Shown: positions 9,702-18,782 of the stretch, in pieces
How the letters are laid out: the number at the start of each line of letters is the position of its first letter
How positions within the stretch are numbered: the first letter of the stretch is position 1
NCBI GenBank assembly: GCA_023511585.1
Contig: JAIMBF010000003.1
Location: forward strand, 6,537 to 70,536
Reading direction: 5' to 3'
Source: Terriglobia bacterium
Lineage (GTDB): Bacteria > Pseudomonadota > Alphaproteobacteria > Acetobacterales > Acetobacteraceae
Length of the DNA: 64,000 nucleotides
The notes under the pieces: generated by a model
Told to the model about the DNA's origin: nothing
The model's input: the letters and a program-made list of their open reading frames with translations, nothing else
Databases searched by the model: none
Position numbers and translations under genes: made by a program

Positions 9702-10382
9702 CTATGGTCGCTTGATGGAAGCATCGGTCTCCACCGGCAGGCCTTCCGCCTTCCATTCGGGAAAACCGTCCTCCAACCGGTAGGCACGAAACCCCGAACG
9801 GCGGAGCTCGGCTACGGCTTCGAAAGCAAGCACGCAATACGGGCCGCGGCAGTAGGCCACAACCTCGCGGCCGGGATCGAGCTCTGCAAGCCGTGTCTTG
9901 AGTTCACCAAGCGGAATGTTCACGGCGCCCAAAACGTGGCCAAACGCAAATTCATCCGCTGGGCGAACATCCAAAACGGTCACCAAACCCTTCTGCACGC
10001 GTCGAAGCAGCTCTTTGCGCGAGATCGGCTCCAGGCTGTCCCGCGCGGCAAAATAGCCGGCAACGATACGATCAATTTCCGCCAGCCGCCGCTCCGCAAG
10101 TTTTCGTAATGCGTTCAGCACGCCTATCACGGCTTCGTCAGCCAGCCGGTAGCTCATGAACTTTCCTTTCCGTTCCGAGGCCACAAGACCGGCCCGCCGC
10201 AGCCGGTGGAGATGCTGGGAAGTATTGGCAACGGAAAGGCCGATGCGCTCGGCCAGGGCTTCGACACTTCGCTCCCCTTGCGCGAGATGCTCAAGGATTT
10301 CAAGGCGATGTGGATGCGCAAGCGCTCCGGCAACGGCGGCGAACTGGGCAAAGACGGCTAGTTTGGGACTTGCTGAAACCAT
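9702..10382 (-). CDS. ArsR/SmtB-family transcriptional regulator fused to a rhodanese domain
   Basis: N-terminal ArsR wHTH (HPHRLEILEHLAQGERSVEALAERIGLSVANTSQHLHRLRRAGLV). C-terminal rhodanese with active-site loop YCRGPYC. Confidence 0.8.
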   Translation of the reverse strand: MVSASPKLAVFAQFAAVAGALAHPHRLEILEHLAQGERSVEALAERIGLSVANTSQHLHRLRRAGLVASERKGKFMSYRLADEAVIGVLNALRKLAERRLAEIDRIVAGYFAARDSLEPISRKELLRRVQKGLVTVLDVRPADEFAFGHVLGAVNIPLGELKTRLAELDPGREVVAYCRGPYCVLAFEAVAELRRSGFRAYRLEDGFPEWKAEGLPVETDASIKRP

Positions 10383-10403
10383 AATCGCATTGACTTTCTA
10401 TCA

Positions 10404-10421
10404 TTCAATAGATAAATTGAA
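10404..10421. promoter_or_regulatory. Candidate operator in the divergent promoter region
   Basis: Perfect inverted repeat TTCAAT-agataa-ATTGAA in the AT-rich 79-bp spacer between the ArsR-rhodanese gene and the desaturase operon. Confidence 0.3.
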
Positions 10422-10461
10422 AGTATAATAGAAGGCCTTCTCCAACAAGAGCATTTTCAAT

Positions 10462-11307
10462 ATGTTTCGGTTTCTGCTCGCAAACGAGCCATCCATTCGC
10501 CTCGCCTTCTTCTTTGGGACATTGGCCGGGATGGCAGCGTGGGAGTGGGCGGCACCACGGCGAAACCAGGAAACGCCGCGTCTCTTGCGCTGGCCCAATA
10601 ACCTCGCTGTCGTGGCGCTCGATACCTTTCTCGTTCGCCTCACTTTTCCCATGACCGCCGTGGGCCTTGCCATGCTGGCAGAAAGCAAAGGCTTTGGGCT
10701 ATTCAACCTCATCCGCGCCCCAGCTTGGTTAGCTTTTGGCGTTTCGCTGCTGGCGCTCGATCTTGCCATTTATCTTCAACACGTCATCTTCCATGCCGTG
10801 CCCGCGCTCTGGCGCCTGCACCGGATGCATCATGCGGATCTTGAGTTCGACGTCACCACCGGCGTACGCTTCCATCCTCTTGAGATCTTGCTTTCGATGG
10901 GCTTCAAGCTTGCGGTTGTCATGGTGCTTGGCCCTCCGCCAATCGCGGTGCTGGTTTTTGAAGTGTTGCTCAATGCGACCTCTTTGTTCAATCACGGCAA
11001 CGTGCGCATCCCGCACGGTCTTGACCGCTTCCTCCGCATGGTCGTGGTAACCCCGGATATGCATCGCGTTCATCATTCCGTTCGCCCGAGTGAAACCAAC
11101 AGCAATTTCGGCTTCAACTTTCCGTGGTGGGACCGGTTGTTCGGAACCTATCGCGACCAGCCCAAGGCTGGGCATGAAACTATGACGATCGGCATTGAAC
11201 AGTTTCGCACCGAGCGCGATCTCTGGCTCGATAAAATGCTGCTTCAGCCCCTTTACGGCAAGGCAAACGACTATCCGATCAATCGGCAGGAAGAGGGCGC
11301 GCGATGA
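10462..11307 (+). CDS. Sterol desaturase / fatty acid hydroxylase family membrane protein
   Basis: Histidine boxes HVIFH, HRMHHAD and HRVHH within a multi-TM protein of 281 aa. Confidence 0.8.
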   Translation: MFRFLLANEPSIRLAFFFGTLAGMAAWEWAAPRRNQETPRLLRWPNNLAVVALDTFLVRLTFPMTAVGLAMLAESKGFGLFNLIRAPAWLAFGVSLLALDLAIYLQHVIFHAVPALWRLHRMHHADLEFDVTTGVRFHPLEILLSMGFKLAVVMVLGPPPIAVLVFEVLLNATSLFNHGNVRIPHGLDRFLRMVVVTPDMHRVHHSVRPSETNSNFGFNFPWWDRLFGTYRDQPKAGHETMTIGIEQFRTERDLWLDKMLLQPLYGKANDYPINRQEEGAR

Positions 11308-12308
11308 GCAGGCAACGCCTGGTTGGCCGCCTTGTTCTCATTGTCGTTATCTTTGCTGGAGTCGCTTGGGGCGTATGGCACCGTGAACTTTTCGAACCAG
11401 CAGCGTTGAATGCCTGGCTTCGCCGATTGGGCATATTCGCTCCGGCGGTTTTTATTGCCCTTTATGGGGTCGGGACGGTCGTTTTCCTGCCCGGGTGGGT
11501 GTTCTCTCTCGTCGGCGGTGCGCTGTTTGGCCCGCTTTGGGGAGCGTTGATTGATCTCATCGGCGCCACGCTCGGAGCAACCCTTGCTTTTCTCACGGCA
11601 CGCTATCTTGCCGGTGACTGGGTCGCAAAAAAAGCGCCGGAACGGTTGAAGCCGTTCTTCACAGGGGTGGAGGCGGAAGGCTGGCGTTTTGTCGCCCTTC
11701 TTCGGCTGATTCCCCTGTTTCCCTTTAATCTCACGAACTACGTGCTCGGGCTCACGAAAATCGGGCTGGTGCCGTATGTTGTTACGTCCTTTATCTGCAT
11801 GGCGCCGGGCGCAATTGCCTATACCTGGCTCGGCTATTCGGGGCGCGAGGCGTTGGCGGGCAATCATGCGGCGATCGGGTACGGATTGGCAGCGCTTGGG
11901 CTTCTGGCAGCGATTGTTCTCTTACCAAAGCTGATTGGGCGGATCAGAAGCCAAAAAGCCCCCTCGCGCTGGGTTGAGCCGGAAGTCCTGCGCCGCGCGA
12001 TACAAAGTACCGCGCCCCCCATCGTGCTCGATGTGCGGGGCAGAGATGAGTTCATGGGCGCGTTCGGGTATATTCCCGGGGCATTGAATATCCCTCTTGG
12101 CGAGCTGGAAGCTCGGCTGGGCGAACTCCGGCAGCATGCCGCCTCCGCGATTGTGACTGTCTGCCTGACCGACAAACGTTCGGCCAGGGCACGAGACATC
12201 CTGCATTCCGCGGGATTTGCCGAGGTGGCCGTCCTCCGCGGCGGCATGCAAGCGTGGAAGGCGTTGGGGTTTGAAACCGCTCGCGGCTACGAAACGGTAT
12301 CCTATTAA
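11304..12308 (+). CDS. TVP38/TMEM64 (DedA-related) membrane protein fused to a C-terminal rhodanese domain
   Basis: ATGA overlap with the preceding gene (11304-11307). TVP38-type motif RLIPLFPFNLTNYVLGLT. The C-terminal ~100 aa are rhodanese-like (ILDVRGRDEF...VTVCLTDKRSARA). Confidence 0.75.
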   Translation: MSRQRLVGRLVLIVVIFAGVAWGVWHRELFEPAALNAWLRRLGIFAPAVFIALYGVGTVVFLPGWVFSLVGGALFGPLWGALIDLIGATLGATLAFLTARYLAGDWVAKKAPERLKPFFTGVEAEGWRFVALLRLIPLFPFNLTNYVLGLTKIGLVPYVVTSFICMAPGAIAYTWLGYSGREALAGNHAAIGYGLAALGLLAAIVLLPKLIGRIRSQKAPSRWVEPEVLRRAIQSTAPPIVLDVRGRDEFMGAFGYIPGALNIPLGELEARLGELRQHAASAIVTVCLTDKRSARARDILHSAGFAEVAVLRGGMQAWKALGFETARGYETVSY

Positions 12309-13057
12309 CCCCCGAAAGACCGCATGCTCAACCCAGCGGCCAGAAAACCACCGTCAACGGCAAGCACTTCTCCGGTGATGAAGTTGGCCTCATGGCTGAG
12401 CAAGAACAATGCGGCGCCGGCGATTTCCTCAGGCTCGGCGTAGCGGCGCATCGGTGTCACCCGTTTCCAGGCCTCGCGGATTTGTGGGTCGTGCATCTGC
12501 CGCACCAGCGGCGTCTCCACCGGGCCGGGCGCGATGGCGTTGACCCGCACCCCGTAGGGGGCAAGCTCGATCGCCATCACTTGCGTCAGTGTTATGACGC
12601 CGCCTTTGGAAGCCCCATAAGCAGCGCGACCGACATTGCCGCGCAGACCGGAAACCGAGGCGATATTCACAATCGATCCGCCTCCCCCGGCAACCATTGC
12701 CTTGGCACAAGCTTGCCCCACGAGAAAAGTGCCGCGGAGATTGACCGCAAGAATTCGGTCGAATTCACTCGCCGGTGTTTCCAAAAACGGAAGATCCCGG
12801 CCAATTCCGGCACAATGCACCAATCCATCCACTCGGCCGTGCCGCTCTCGTGCGGCGGAAAGAAGCTTTGCGACACTCTCTTCATCCGCAACGTTGCAAT
12901 GAAACGGCGCAATCGCTCCGGACCCGAGCGAGGTTTCGGACGTGCTGATATCAGCCGCAATCACTTTTGCACCAGCATCCGCCAAACGCTGCGCTACGGC
13001 AGCCCCGATGCCTGAAAGCCCGCCGGTGACGATAGCGACATGATTTTCAAGCCTCAT
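12305..13057 (-). CDS. Short-chain dehydrogenase/reductase (FabG-like)
   Basis: From MRLENHVAIVTGGLSGIG (ATG at 13057). It has the SDR motifs TGxxxGIG, NIASVSG and YGASKGG. The ORF extension to 13498 is Arg/Pro-rich and not protein-like. Confidence 0.85.
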   Translation of the reverse strand: MRLENHVAIVTGGLSGIGAAVAQRLADAGAKVIAADISTSETSLGSGAIAPFHCNVADEESVAKLLSAARERHGRVDGLVHCAGIGRDLPFLETPASEFDRILAVNLRGTFLVGQACAKAMVAGGGGSIVNIASVSGLRGNVGRAAYGASKGGVITLTQVMAIELAPYGVRVNAIAPGPVETPLVRQMHDPQIREAWKRVTPMRRYAEPEEIAGAALFLLSHEANFITGEVLAVDGGFLAAGLSMRSFGG

Positions 13058-13811
13058 GCCCGGTTTCCTCCCACAACGCCTGATTCTTGCTTCCATCCCG
13101 CCCCTTGCGCAGAGCGGCGCGAGGCGCAACAAGGTGCCAGATTGCACACAAACCTCGGGGGTGCCAACAACGGTTTCCGACTTCGAACCTGGGCCAATTC
13201 TTGGCGTGCTGCTCGCTGGGGGACAGGCGCGCCGGATGAACGGCATCGATAAACCCCTGCTCCTTCTGGGCGGGCAGCCGCTTCTGGCGCATGCGATGGC
13301 ACGCTTGCATTCGCAAACTTCCTCTCTTGTGATCAGCGCCAACGGGCCGCCGCAACGTTTTGCCCGCTTTGCCCTGCCCGTGTTGGCAGATACCGTGCCC
13401 GGCCAACCCGGCCCGCTGGCTGGCATTCTCGCCGGCATGCTGTGGGCGCGCGAGGTCATGCCGGAAATCACCCACATCATCAGCCTTCCGGGCGACACGC
13501 CCTTCCCTCCGCCGGATCTTGTTGCCCGGCTCGTCGCTGCGCAAAAAGCCTCCCGCCAGCCCGTCGTGCGCGCAACTTCGGCAGGCCGGCGCCATCACGC
13601 GGTCGCGCTCTGGCCCATCGCGCTCGCCGAACAGCTTGCCGGTGCATTGGAGCAAGGCATGCGCAAAGTCGGCCGCTTCGCTGAACACTGCGGCGTTGCC
13701 GAGGCGGATTTTGCAGCCATACCGTTCGATCCCTTCCTGAATGTGAACACGCCGGAAGATTTGGCGGAAGCGGAGAGAATACTGCCTTTCGCGCGATCGG
13801 CCTCGTTGTGA
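13056..13811 (+). CDS. mobA: Molybdenum cofactor guanylyltransferase MobA
   Basis: Has GVLLAGGQARRMNGIDKPLL and LPGDTPFPP motifs. The maximal ORF is given. The true start is probably an internal GTG (13134 or 13161), because ATG 13056 overlaps the divergent SDR start codon. Confidence 0.75.
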   Translation: MPGFLPQRLILASIPPLAQSGARRNKVPDCTQTSGVPTTVSDFEPGPILGVLLAGGQARRMNGIDKPLLLLGGQPLLAHAMARLHSQTSSLVISANGPPQRFARFALPVLADTVPGQPGPLAGILAGMLWAREVMPEITHIISLPGDTPFPPPDLVARLVAAQKASRQPVVRATSAGRRHHAVALWPIALAEQLAGALEQGMRKVGRFAEHCGVAEADFAAIPFDPFLNVNTPEDLAEAERILPFARSASL

Positions 13812-13871
13812 AACCACTGGTCTCGCTCTGCCAAGATGCGTAACCTCCTCCCGTTATGGGAGGAGGTGCCG

Positions 13872-14810
13872 ATGTGGGAACCAAACTTGCGCTATCCGGA
13901 TCCGGCTGTTCATGTGCTTGACCCGCGCTTTGAGCGGCTGCGTCTGCCGTTTGCAAGCGTCGAACGTCTGGCCACCGGGTTTCGCTGGGCGGAAGGGCCG
14001 GTGTGGTTCGGGGACGGGCGCTTTCTGCTCTGGAGCGATATCCCCAACGACCGCATCATGAAATGGGAAGAGGAAACCGGTGCCGTCAGCGTCTTTCGCA
14101 AACCGTCCAACTACGCCAACGGCAACACACGCGACCGGCAAGGCCGACTCATTACCTGCGAGCACGACTCCCGCCGCGTCACGCGCACGGAATATGACGG
14201 CTCCATCACCGTGCTCATCGACCGGTTTGAAGGCAAACGCCTCAATTCGCCCAACGATGTCGTGGTGAAATCGGATGATACCATCTGGTTCACCGATCCG
14301 CCGTTCGGCATTCGCAGCAATTATGAAGGCCACGTGGATACCGAGGAATTGCCCGGAAACGTCTATCGTTTGGATCCCCGCACGGGCCGGGCAACTATTG
14401 TGGCCGACGGCCTCAACTGCCCGAACGGGTTATGCTTTTCCCCCGATGAAAAGCTCCTTTACATCGTCGAATCGCGCTCAGTGCCGCGCGTGATCCGCGT
14501 CTATAACGTGGTCGGCGACGGCGATCGGCTTTCCGGCGGGAACGTCTTCATCGATTCCGGCCCCAAGGGAACCCCGGACGGCATTCGCTGCGACATTGAG
14601 GGAAATCTCTGGGCAGGCTGGGGAATGAGCGAAGACTTGGACGGAGTGCGTATTTTTGCCCCCGATGCCACGCCCATCGGGCATATCTCCTTGCCCGAGC
14701 GCTGCGCCAATCTTTGCTTTGGCGGCAGGAAGCGCAACCGTCTGTTTATGGCGGCAAGCCATTCGCTTTATGCGATTTATGTGAACACGCAGGGTGCAAT
14801 AGGCGGTTGA
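13872..14810 (+). CDS. SMP-30/gluconolactonase/LRE-family lactonase
   Basis: Has EGPVW, NDVVVKSDDTIWFTDP and PDGIRCDIEGNLW beta-propeller motifs. ATG 13872 is preceded by GGGAGGAGG. Confidence 0.85.
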   Translation: MWEPNLRYPDPAVHVLDPRFERLRLPFASVERLATGFRWAEGPVWFGDGRFLLWSDIPNDRIMKWEEETGAVSVFRKPSNYANGNTRDRQGRLITCEHDSRRVTRTEYDGSITVLIDRFEGKRLNSPNDVVVKSDDTIWFTDPPFGIRSNYEGHVDTEELPGNVYRLDPRTGRATIVADGLNCPNGLCFSPDEKLLYIVESRSVPRVIRVYNVVGDGDRLSGGNVFIDSGPKGTPDGIRCDIEGNLWAGWGMSEDLDGVRIFAPDATPIGHISLPERCANLCFGGRKRNRLFMAASHSLYAIYVNTQGAIGG

Positions 14811-14830
14811 ACGTGAGCGAAGATGCGAAG

Positions 14831-16531
14831 ATGACAGCGCACGGCATGCAGAAGGGGCTCACCAGTTATGGCGACCCCGCCTTTTCCTTGTTTTTGCGCA
14901 AGGCTTTCATCAAGGCCATGGGGTTTTCGGATGAGGCGCTTTCGCGCCCCATCATCGGCATTACCAACACGGCGAGTGACTTTAACCCCTGCCACGGCAA
15001 TTTGCCGCTGTTGATCGAGGCGGTGAAACGCGGCGTGATGCTCTCGGGCGGCTTGCCCATGGCATTTCCGACGATTTCCATCCACGAAGCTTTCTCCCAT
15101 CCCACCAGCATGTTTCTGCGCAACTTGATGGCCATGGATACGGAGGAAATGATCCGTGCCCAACCCATGGATGCGGTGGTCCTGATCGGAGGCTGCGACA
15201 AAACCATTCCGGCGCAATTGATGGCCGCCGCCAGCGTGGATCTCCCCGCGATTGTGTTGCCGACGGGGCCGATGCTCACCGGCCGCTATCGCGGAGAAGA
15301 GCTCGGCGCTTGCACCGACTGCCGAAGGCTTTGGGCTGAGTTCCGGGCCGGCGCGCTTTCCGAGCAGGAGGTCGAGCAAGTGAACTCCCGGCTTGCCCCC
15401 ACTTTCGGCACCTGCATGGTCATGGGCACCGCAAGCACCGTGGCCTGCATGGTGGAGGCAATCGGCATGGCCTTGCCGGGTGCCGGCACGATGCCGGCAA
15501 CATACGCGGATCGGCTGCGCTTGGCGGAGGCAACCGGCGCAACAGCGGTCGTGCTTGCCAAAGCGGGCGGCCCGAAACCTTCCGAGATCATGACGCCGGC
15601 GGCATTCCGCAACGCTTTGGTCGTATTGCAGGCCATCGGCGGCTCGACCAATGCGCTCATTCACTTCACGGCGGTTGCGGGGCGGCTGGGGATCCCGATC
15701 GATCTCGAAGCATTCGACCGGCTCGGCCGTGAAGTTCCCGTCTTGGTTGATCTCAAACCGAGCGGGCAACACTATATGCAGGATTTCCACTGGGCCGGCG
15801 GGATCCCTCGTCTTTTGCAGGAACTCCGCGAGTTTCTCGATGTTTCCTGCCGCACCGTCGCGGGCGAAACGCTCGAAGAGGTGGCAACCCGAGCCGAGCA
15901 GGTTCTCGGCCAACAGGTCATCCGCACGATCTCGGACCCGATCGCCCGCGGCGGCGGGCTAGCGGTTCTGCGGGGCAATCTTGCGCCCGGCGGCGCTTTG
16001 CTCAAGCGCTCGGCGGCGAGCCCTTCCCTGCTTTACCACGAGGGGCGCGCCGTGGTGTTCCCCTCCGTCGAAGCAATGGTCCGAGGCGTAGACGATGAAA
16101 GCCTCGACGTTACACCCGAAGATATCCTGGTGATGCAAGGCGGCGGGCCGAAGGGAGCGCCCGGCATGCCCGAAGCCGGATATATCCCCATTCCCAAGAA
16201 GCTGGCGCACCGGGGGGTGAAAGATATGGTGCGCATTTCCGACGCCCGCATGAGCGGCACGGCATTCGGGACGATTGTTTTGCATGTCACGCCGGAGGCA
16301 GCCGTCGGCGGCCCGCTTGCTCTGGTTCGAACCGGGGATCGCATTCGGCTGGATACGGAAACGCGTCGACTGGATGTCTTGCTGGACGAGGCAGAGCTCG
16401 CCCGCCGACGCGCGGAGTGGCAACCGCCGCCGCCCCCTGCCCGAGGGGGCTATGCATGGCTCTTTCATCATCATGTGCTGCAGGCGGATGCCGGCTGTGA
16501 CTTTGATTTCTGCCGCCCGCAACCGAGCTAA
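14831..16531 (+). CDS. IlvD/Edd-family dehydratase (sugar-acid / pentonate dehydratase-like)
   Basis: IlvD/Edd motifs (CDKTIPAQLM, GTCMVMGTASTVA, ISDARMSGTAFG); about 566 aa from ATG 14831; adjacent to a lactonase. Confidence 0.85.
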   Translation: MTAHGMQKGLTSYGDPAFSLFLRKAFIKAMGFSDEALSRPIIGITNTASDFNPCHGNLPLLIEAVKRGVMLSGGLPMAFPTISIHEAFSHPTSMFLRNLMAMDTEEMIRAQPMDAVVLIGGCDKTIPAQLMAAASVDLPAIVLPTGPMLTGRYRGEELGACTDCRRLWAEFRAGALSEQEVEQVNSRLAPTFGTCMVMGTASTVACMVEAIGMALPGAGTMPATYADRLRLAEATGATAVVLAKAGGPKPSEIMTPAAFRNALVVLQAIGGSTNALIHFTAVAGRLGIPIDLEAFDRLGREVPVLVDLKPSGQHYMQDFHWAGGIPRLLQELREFLDVSCRTVAGETLEEVATRAEQVLGQQVIRTISDPIARGGGLAVLRGNLAPGGALLKRSAASPSLLYHEGRAVVFPSVEAMVRGVDDESLDVTPEDILVMQGGGPKGAPGMPEAGYIPIPKKLAHRGVKDMVRISDARMSGTAFGTIVLHVTPEAAVGGPLALVRTGDRIRLDTETRRLDVLLDEAELARRRAEWQPPPPPARGGYAWLFHHHVLQADAGCDFDFCRPQPS

Positions 16532-16537
16532 GCGCGG

Positions 16538-17470
16538 TTAAACCGGCAGCGAGTCGGCAAGGCTTGCATCCGAAGCTTCCTTGCGAAGCCTAAGCGATTG
16601 CTCTTCGCGTTCGGCAATCCGTGCCTTCATTGCCTTTTGTAACTTCTCGAAGGCACGCATCTCGATCTGCCGCACGCGTTCGCGCGATACGCCGTAGTGG
16701 CGCGCCAGCGCTTCCAGGGTCGTTGGCTCATCTTTCAGCCGCCGCTCTATCAGGATATGGCGCTCGCGTTCCTTCAGAGTGGCCAATGCATCGGTTAAGA
16801 GCTTGGCATGGCTGCTCTTTTGTTCTCGTTCCGCCACCGCGGCTTCCGGGCCTTCGTGATCATCGGCGAGCCAATCCTGCCATTCGCTATCCTCGTCTTC
16901 GCCCACCAGGCCGTTGAGGCTGCTATCAGCCGCGGCAAGACGACGATTCATGCTGATAACCTCTTGTTCCGAGACGCCCAGGGTGCGCGCAATGGATTCC
17001 ACCTGTTCCGGCTTCAGATCGCCATCGTCGATGGCTCCCATCTCGCTTTTCATCCGCCGCAAGTTGAAAAACAGCTTCTTTTGCGCCGCCGTGGTGCCGA
17101 TTTTCACCAGCGACCAGTTGTGCAGAATGTATTCGTTGATCGCAGCCCGGATCCACCACATGGCATAAGTCGCCAAGCGGAATCCGCGATCCGGATCAAA
17201 TTTCTGCACCGCTTGCATAAGGCCGATATTGCCTTCGCTGATCAGCTCGCTCAGCGGCAGTCCGTATCCTTGGTAACCTGCGGCAATTTTGGCAACAAGC
17301 CGAAGGTGTGAGGTAACAAGTTTATGGGCGGCTTCGAGATCCTGCGCCTCTTGCCAGCGACGCGCGAGGCTGACTTCCTCTTCCGCCGAAAGCATCGGAA
17401 ATTTCCGGATTTTCTGGAGATAGTCCGTAAGACCGTCTCCGGTAAGAGTGACGGTGATAGGCAACATCAA
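16538..17470 (-). CDS. rpoH: RNA polymerase sigma-32 factor
   Basis: Sigma-70 regions 2-4 plus the RpoH box (AAQKKLFFNLRRMK); 310 aa. Confidence 0.9.
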   Translation of the reverse strand: MMLPITVTLTGDGLTDYLQKIRKFPMLSAEEEVSLARRWQEAQDLEAAHKLVTSHLRLVAKIAAGYQGYGLPLSELISEGNIGLMQAVQKFDPDRGFRLATYAMWWIRAAINEYILHNWSLVKIGTTAAQKKLFFNLRRMKSEMGAIDDGDLKPEQVESIARTLGVSEQEVISMNRRLAAADSSLNGLVGEDEDSEWQDWLADDHEGPEAAVAEREQKSSHAKLLTDALATLKERERHILIERRLKDEPTTLEALARHYGVSRERVRQIEMRAFEKLQKAMKARIAEREEQSLRLRKEASDASLADSLPV

Positions 17471-17621
17471 AGGGTAGTCTCCTCGTGCGTTGCCGCCCTC
17501 CCTGTTGCTATCCGGAAGGGGGCCTGGTTGTTGGGGTTGCGTGGAATGGAACGGGGAATGGATAGGCTGCGCGTTTCAGGCGGCAGTTCTCAGGGTTGGC
17601 CCGAACTCATGCCTGTGCGCT

Positions 17622-17670
17622 ATGTAGGAATAAATACCTATATTATCAAGGGCTATACATCCAAAATCAA
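17622..17670 (-). promoter_or_regulatory. Candidate tandem promoters upstream of rpoH
   Basis: The minus strand reads TTGATT-17nt-GATAAT (sigma-70-like, 17642-17670). This overlaps CTTGAT-16nt-CCTACAT (sigma-32-like, 17622-17650). Both sit in an AT-rich patch about 150-200 nt upstream of the start codon. Confidence 0.3.
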
Positions 17671-18059
17671 CTACTTTTGCCCGAACCGGGTTGCTCCATT
17701 CTTATCCCCGGCGAATTTTCGCATTGCGCCGAGCAAGCTCCCGGGCGTTTCTGCATGACGAACTTAGGGAAAAGGACAAATCGGATCCCCTCCGTCGGCC
17801 CGTAATATGGCCAGCCTGGCCGGATCGGGGCAAATCTCATTGATCTCGATCAATGCCCAATAGCTCAAACCCTGGTCAGATTTTAAGAGAAAGGATTGCC
17901 ATCGAGCGGAAATTCGACAGGGAAGAGCCCTGGATAATTTTACTTTTCCGCTCGCTTCTGGGCAGGAGGTACGTCTGCGCCGTATGTTTCAAGTGGCAGT
18001 GCTAGCTCTCGGCCGTGCTCGTGCTCCCAAATCTGCGGATGCCGCTGTGGGCAAATCCC

Positions 18060-18737
18060 ATGCCGTTTGCTGATCGCGCCGAAGCCGGGCAGTTGCTTGC
18101 CAAGCGGTTGTTGCACCTCAAGGATCACCATCCGGTCGTCCTCGCTTTGCCACGCGGCGGCGTAGCGGTGGGCTACGAAATTGCGCGCGTGCTCGCCGCC
18201 CCCCTTGACCTTGTGCTGGTGCGCAAGATCGGCGCGCCCGGGCAGCCCGAGCTTGCCATTGGTGCGGTCGCGGATGGCGAGCAACCCGAACTTGTTACAG
18301 ACTCGGAGATTTTGTCATGGCTCACAGTGGGATCTGAATACATCGAGGCAAGCAAAACGCAGGAATTGGCCGAGATCGAGCGGCGCCGGAAACTCTATTA
18401 CGGCGACCGCTCGCCGGTTGATATCCGTGGCCGAACGGCGATCCTGGTTGATGACGGCATTGCGACGGGAGCCACGATGTTGGCCGCTCTTCGTGCCGTC
18501 CGTCGGCGCCGGCCCGCGCGCGTGGTCGTGGCTGTGCCGGTAGCGCCGGAAAGCTCGCTCGAGAGGTTGCGCAACGAAGCAGACGAAGTGGTCTGCCTCG
18601 ATACGCCGACCGAGTTCATGGCTGTCGGCCAGTTTTACTATCGCTTTCCCCAATTGCGAGACACGGAAGTTATTCAATTGCTCGCGGACGCGCGGAAATT
18701 CGCTGTGACGGAGCAAAAAGAAAGAGAACGGCATTAA
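18060..18737 (+). CDS. Phosphoribosyltransferase-family protein (stand-alone PRTase)
   Basis: From MPFADRAEAG. PRPP-binding motif AILVDDGIATGATM; 225 aa. Confidence 0.8.
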   Translation: MPFADRAEAGQLLAKRLLHLKDHHPVVLALPRGGVAVGYEIARVLAAPLDLVLVRKIGAPGQPELAIGAVADGEQPELVTDSEILSWLTVGSEYIEASKTQELAEIERRRKLYYGDRSPVDIRGRTAILVDDGIATGATMLAALRAVRRRRPARVVVAVPVAPESSLERLRNEADEVVCLDTPTEFMAVGQFYYRFPQLRDTEVIQLLADARKFAVTEQKERERH

Positions 18738-18782
18738 CCGGATAGAACGCGACACTCTCCATTAGCAGGCCAAGCAGGGCAG

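Noticed and set aside
13058-13498. 147-codon N-terminal extension of the SDR ORF (similar extensions at 38735-38887, 41147-41200, 42198-42404, 57258-57473, 24022-24195)
   Set aside because: The extensions are not protein-like and overlap neighbouring genes or promoters. Internal ATGs give canonical N-termini (for example TGxxxGIG about 10 residues from the start).
14777-15913. 378-aa minus-strand ORF over the IlvD/Edd dehydratase
   Set aside because: It is antisense to a gene with clear family motifs and has no domain signature.
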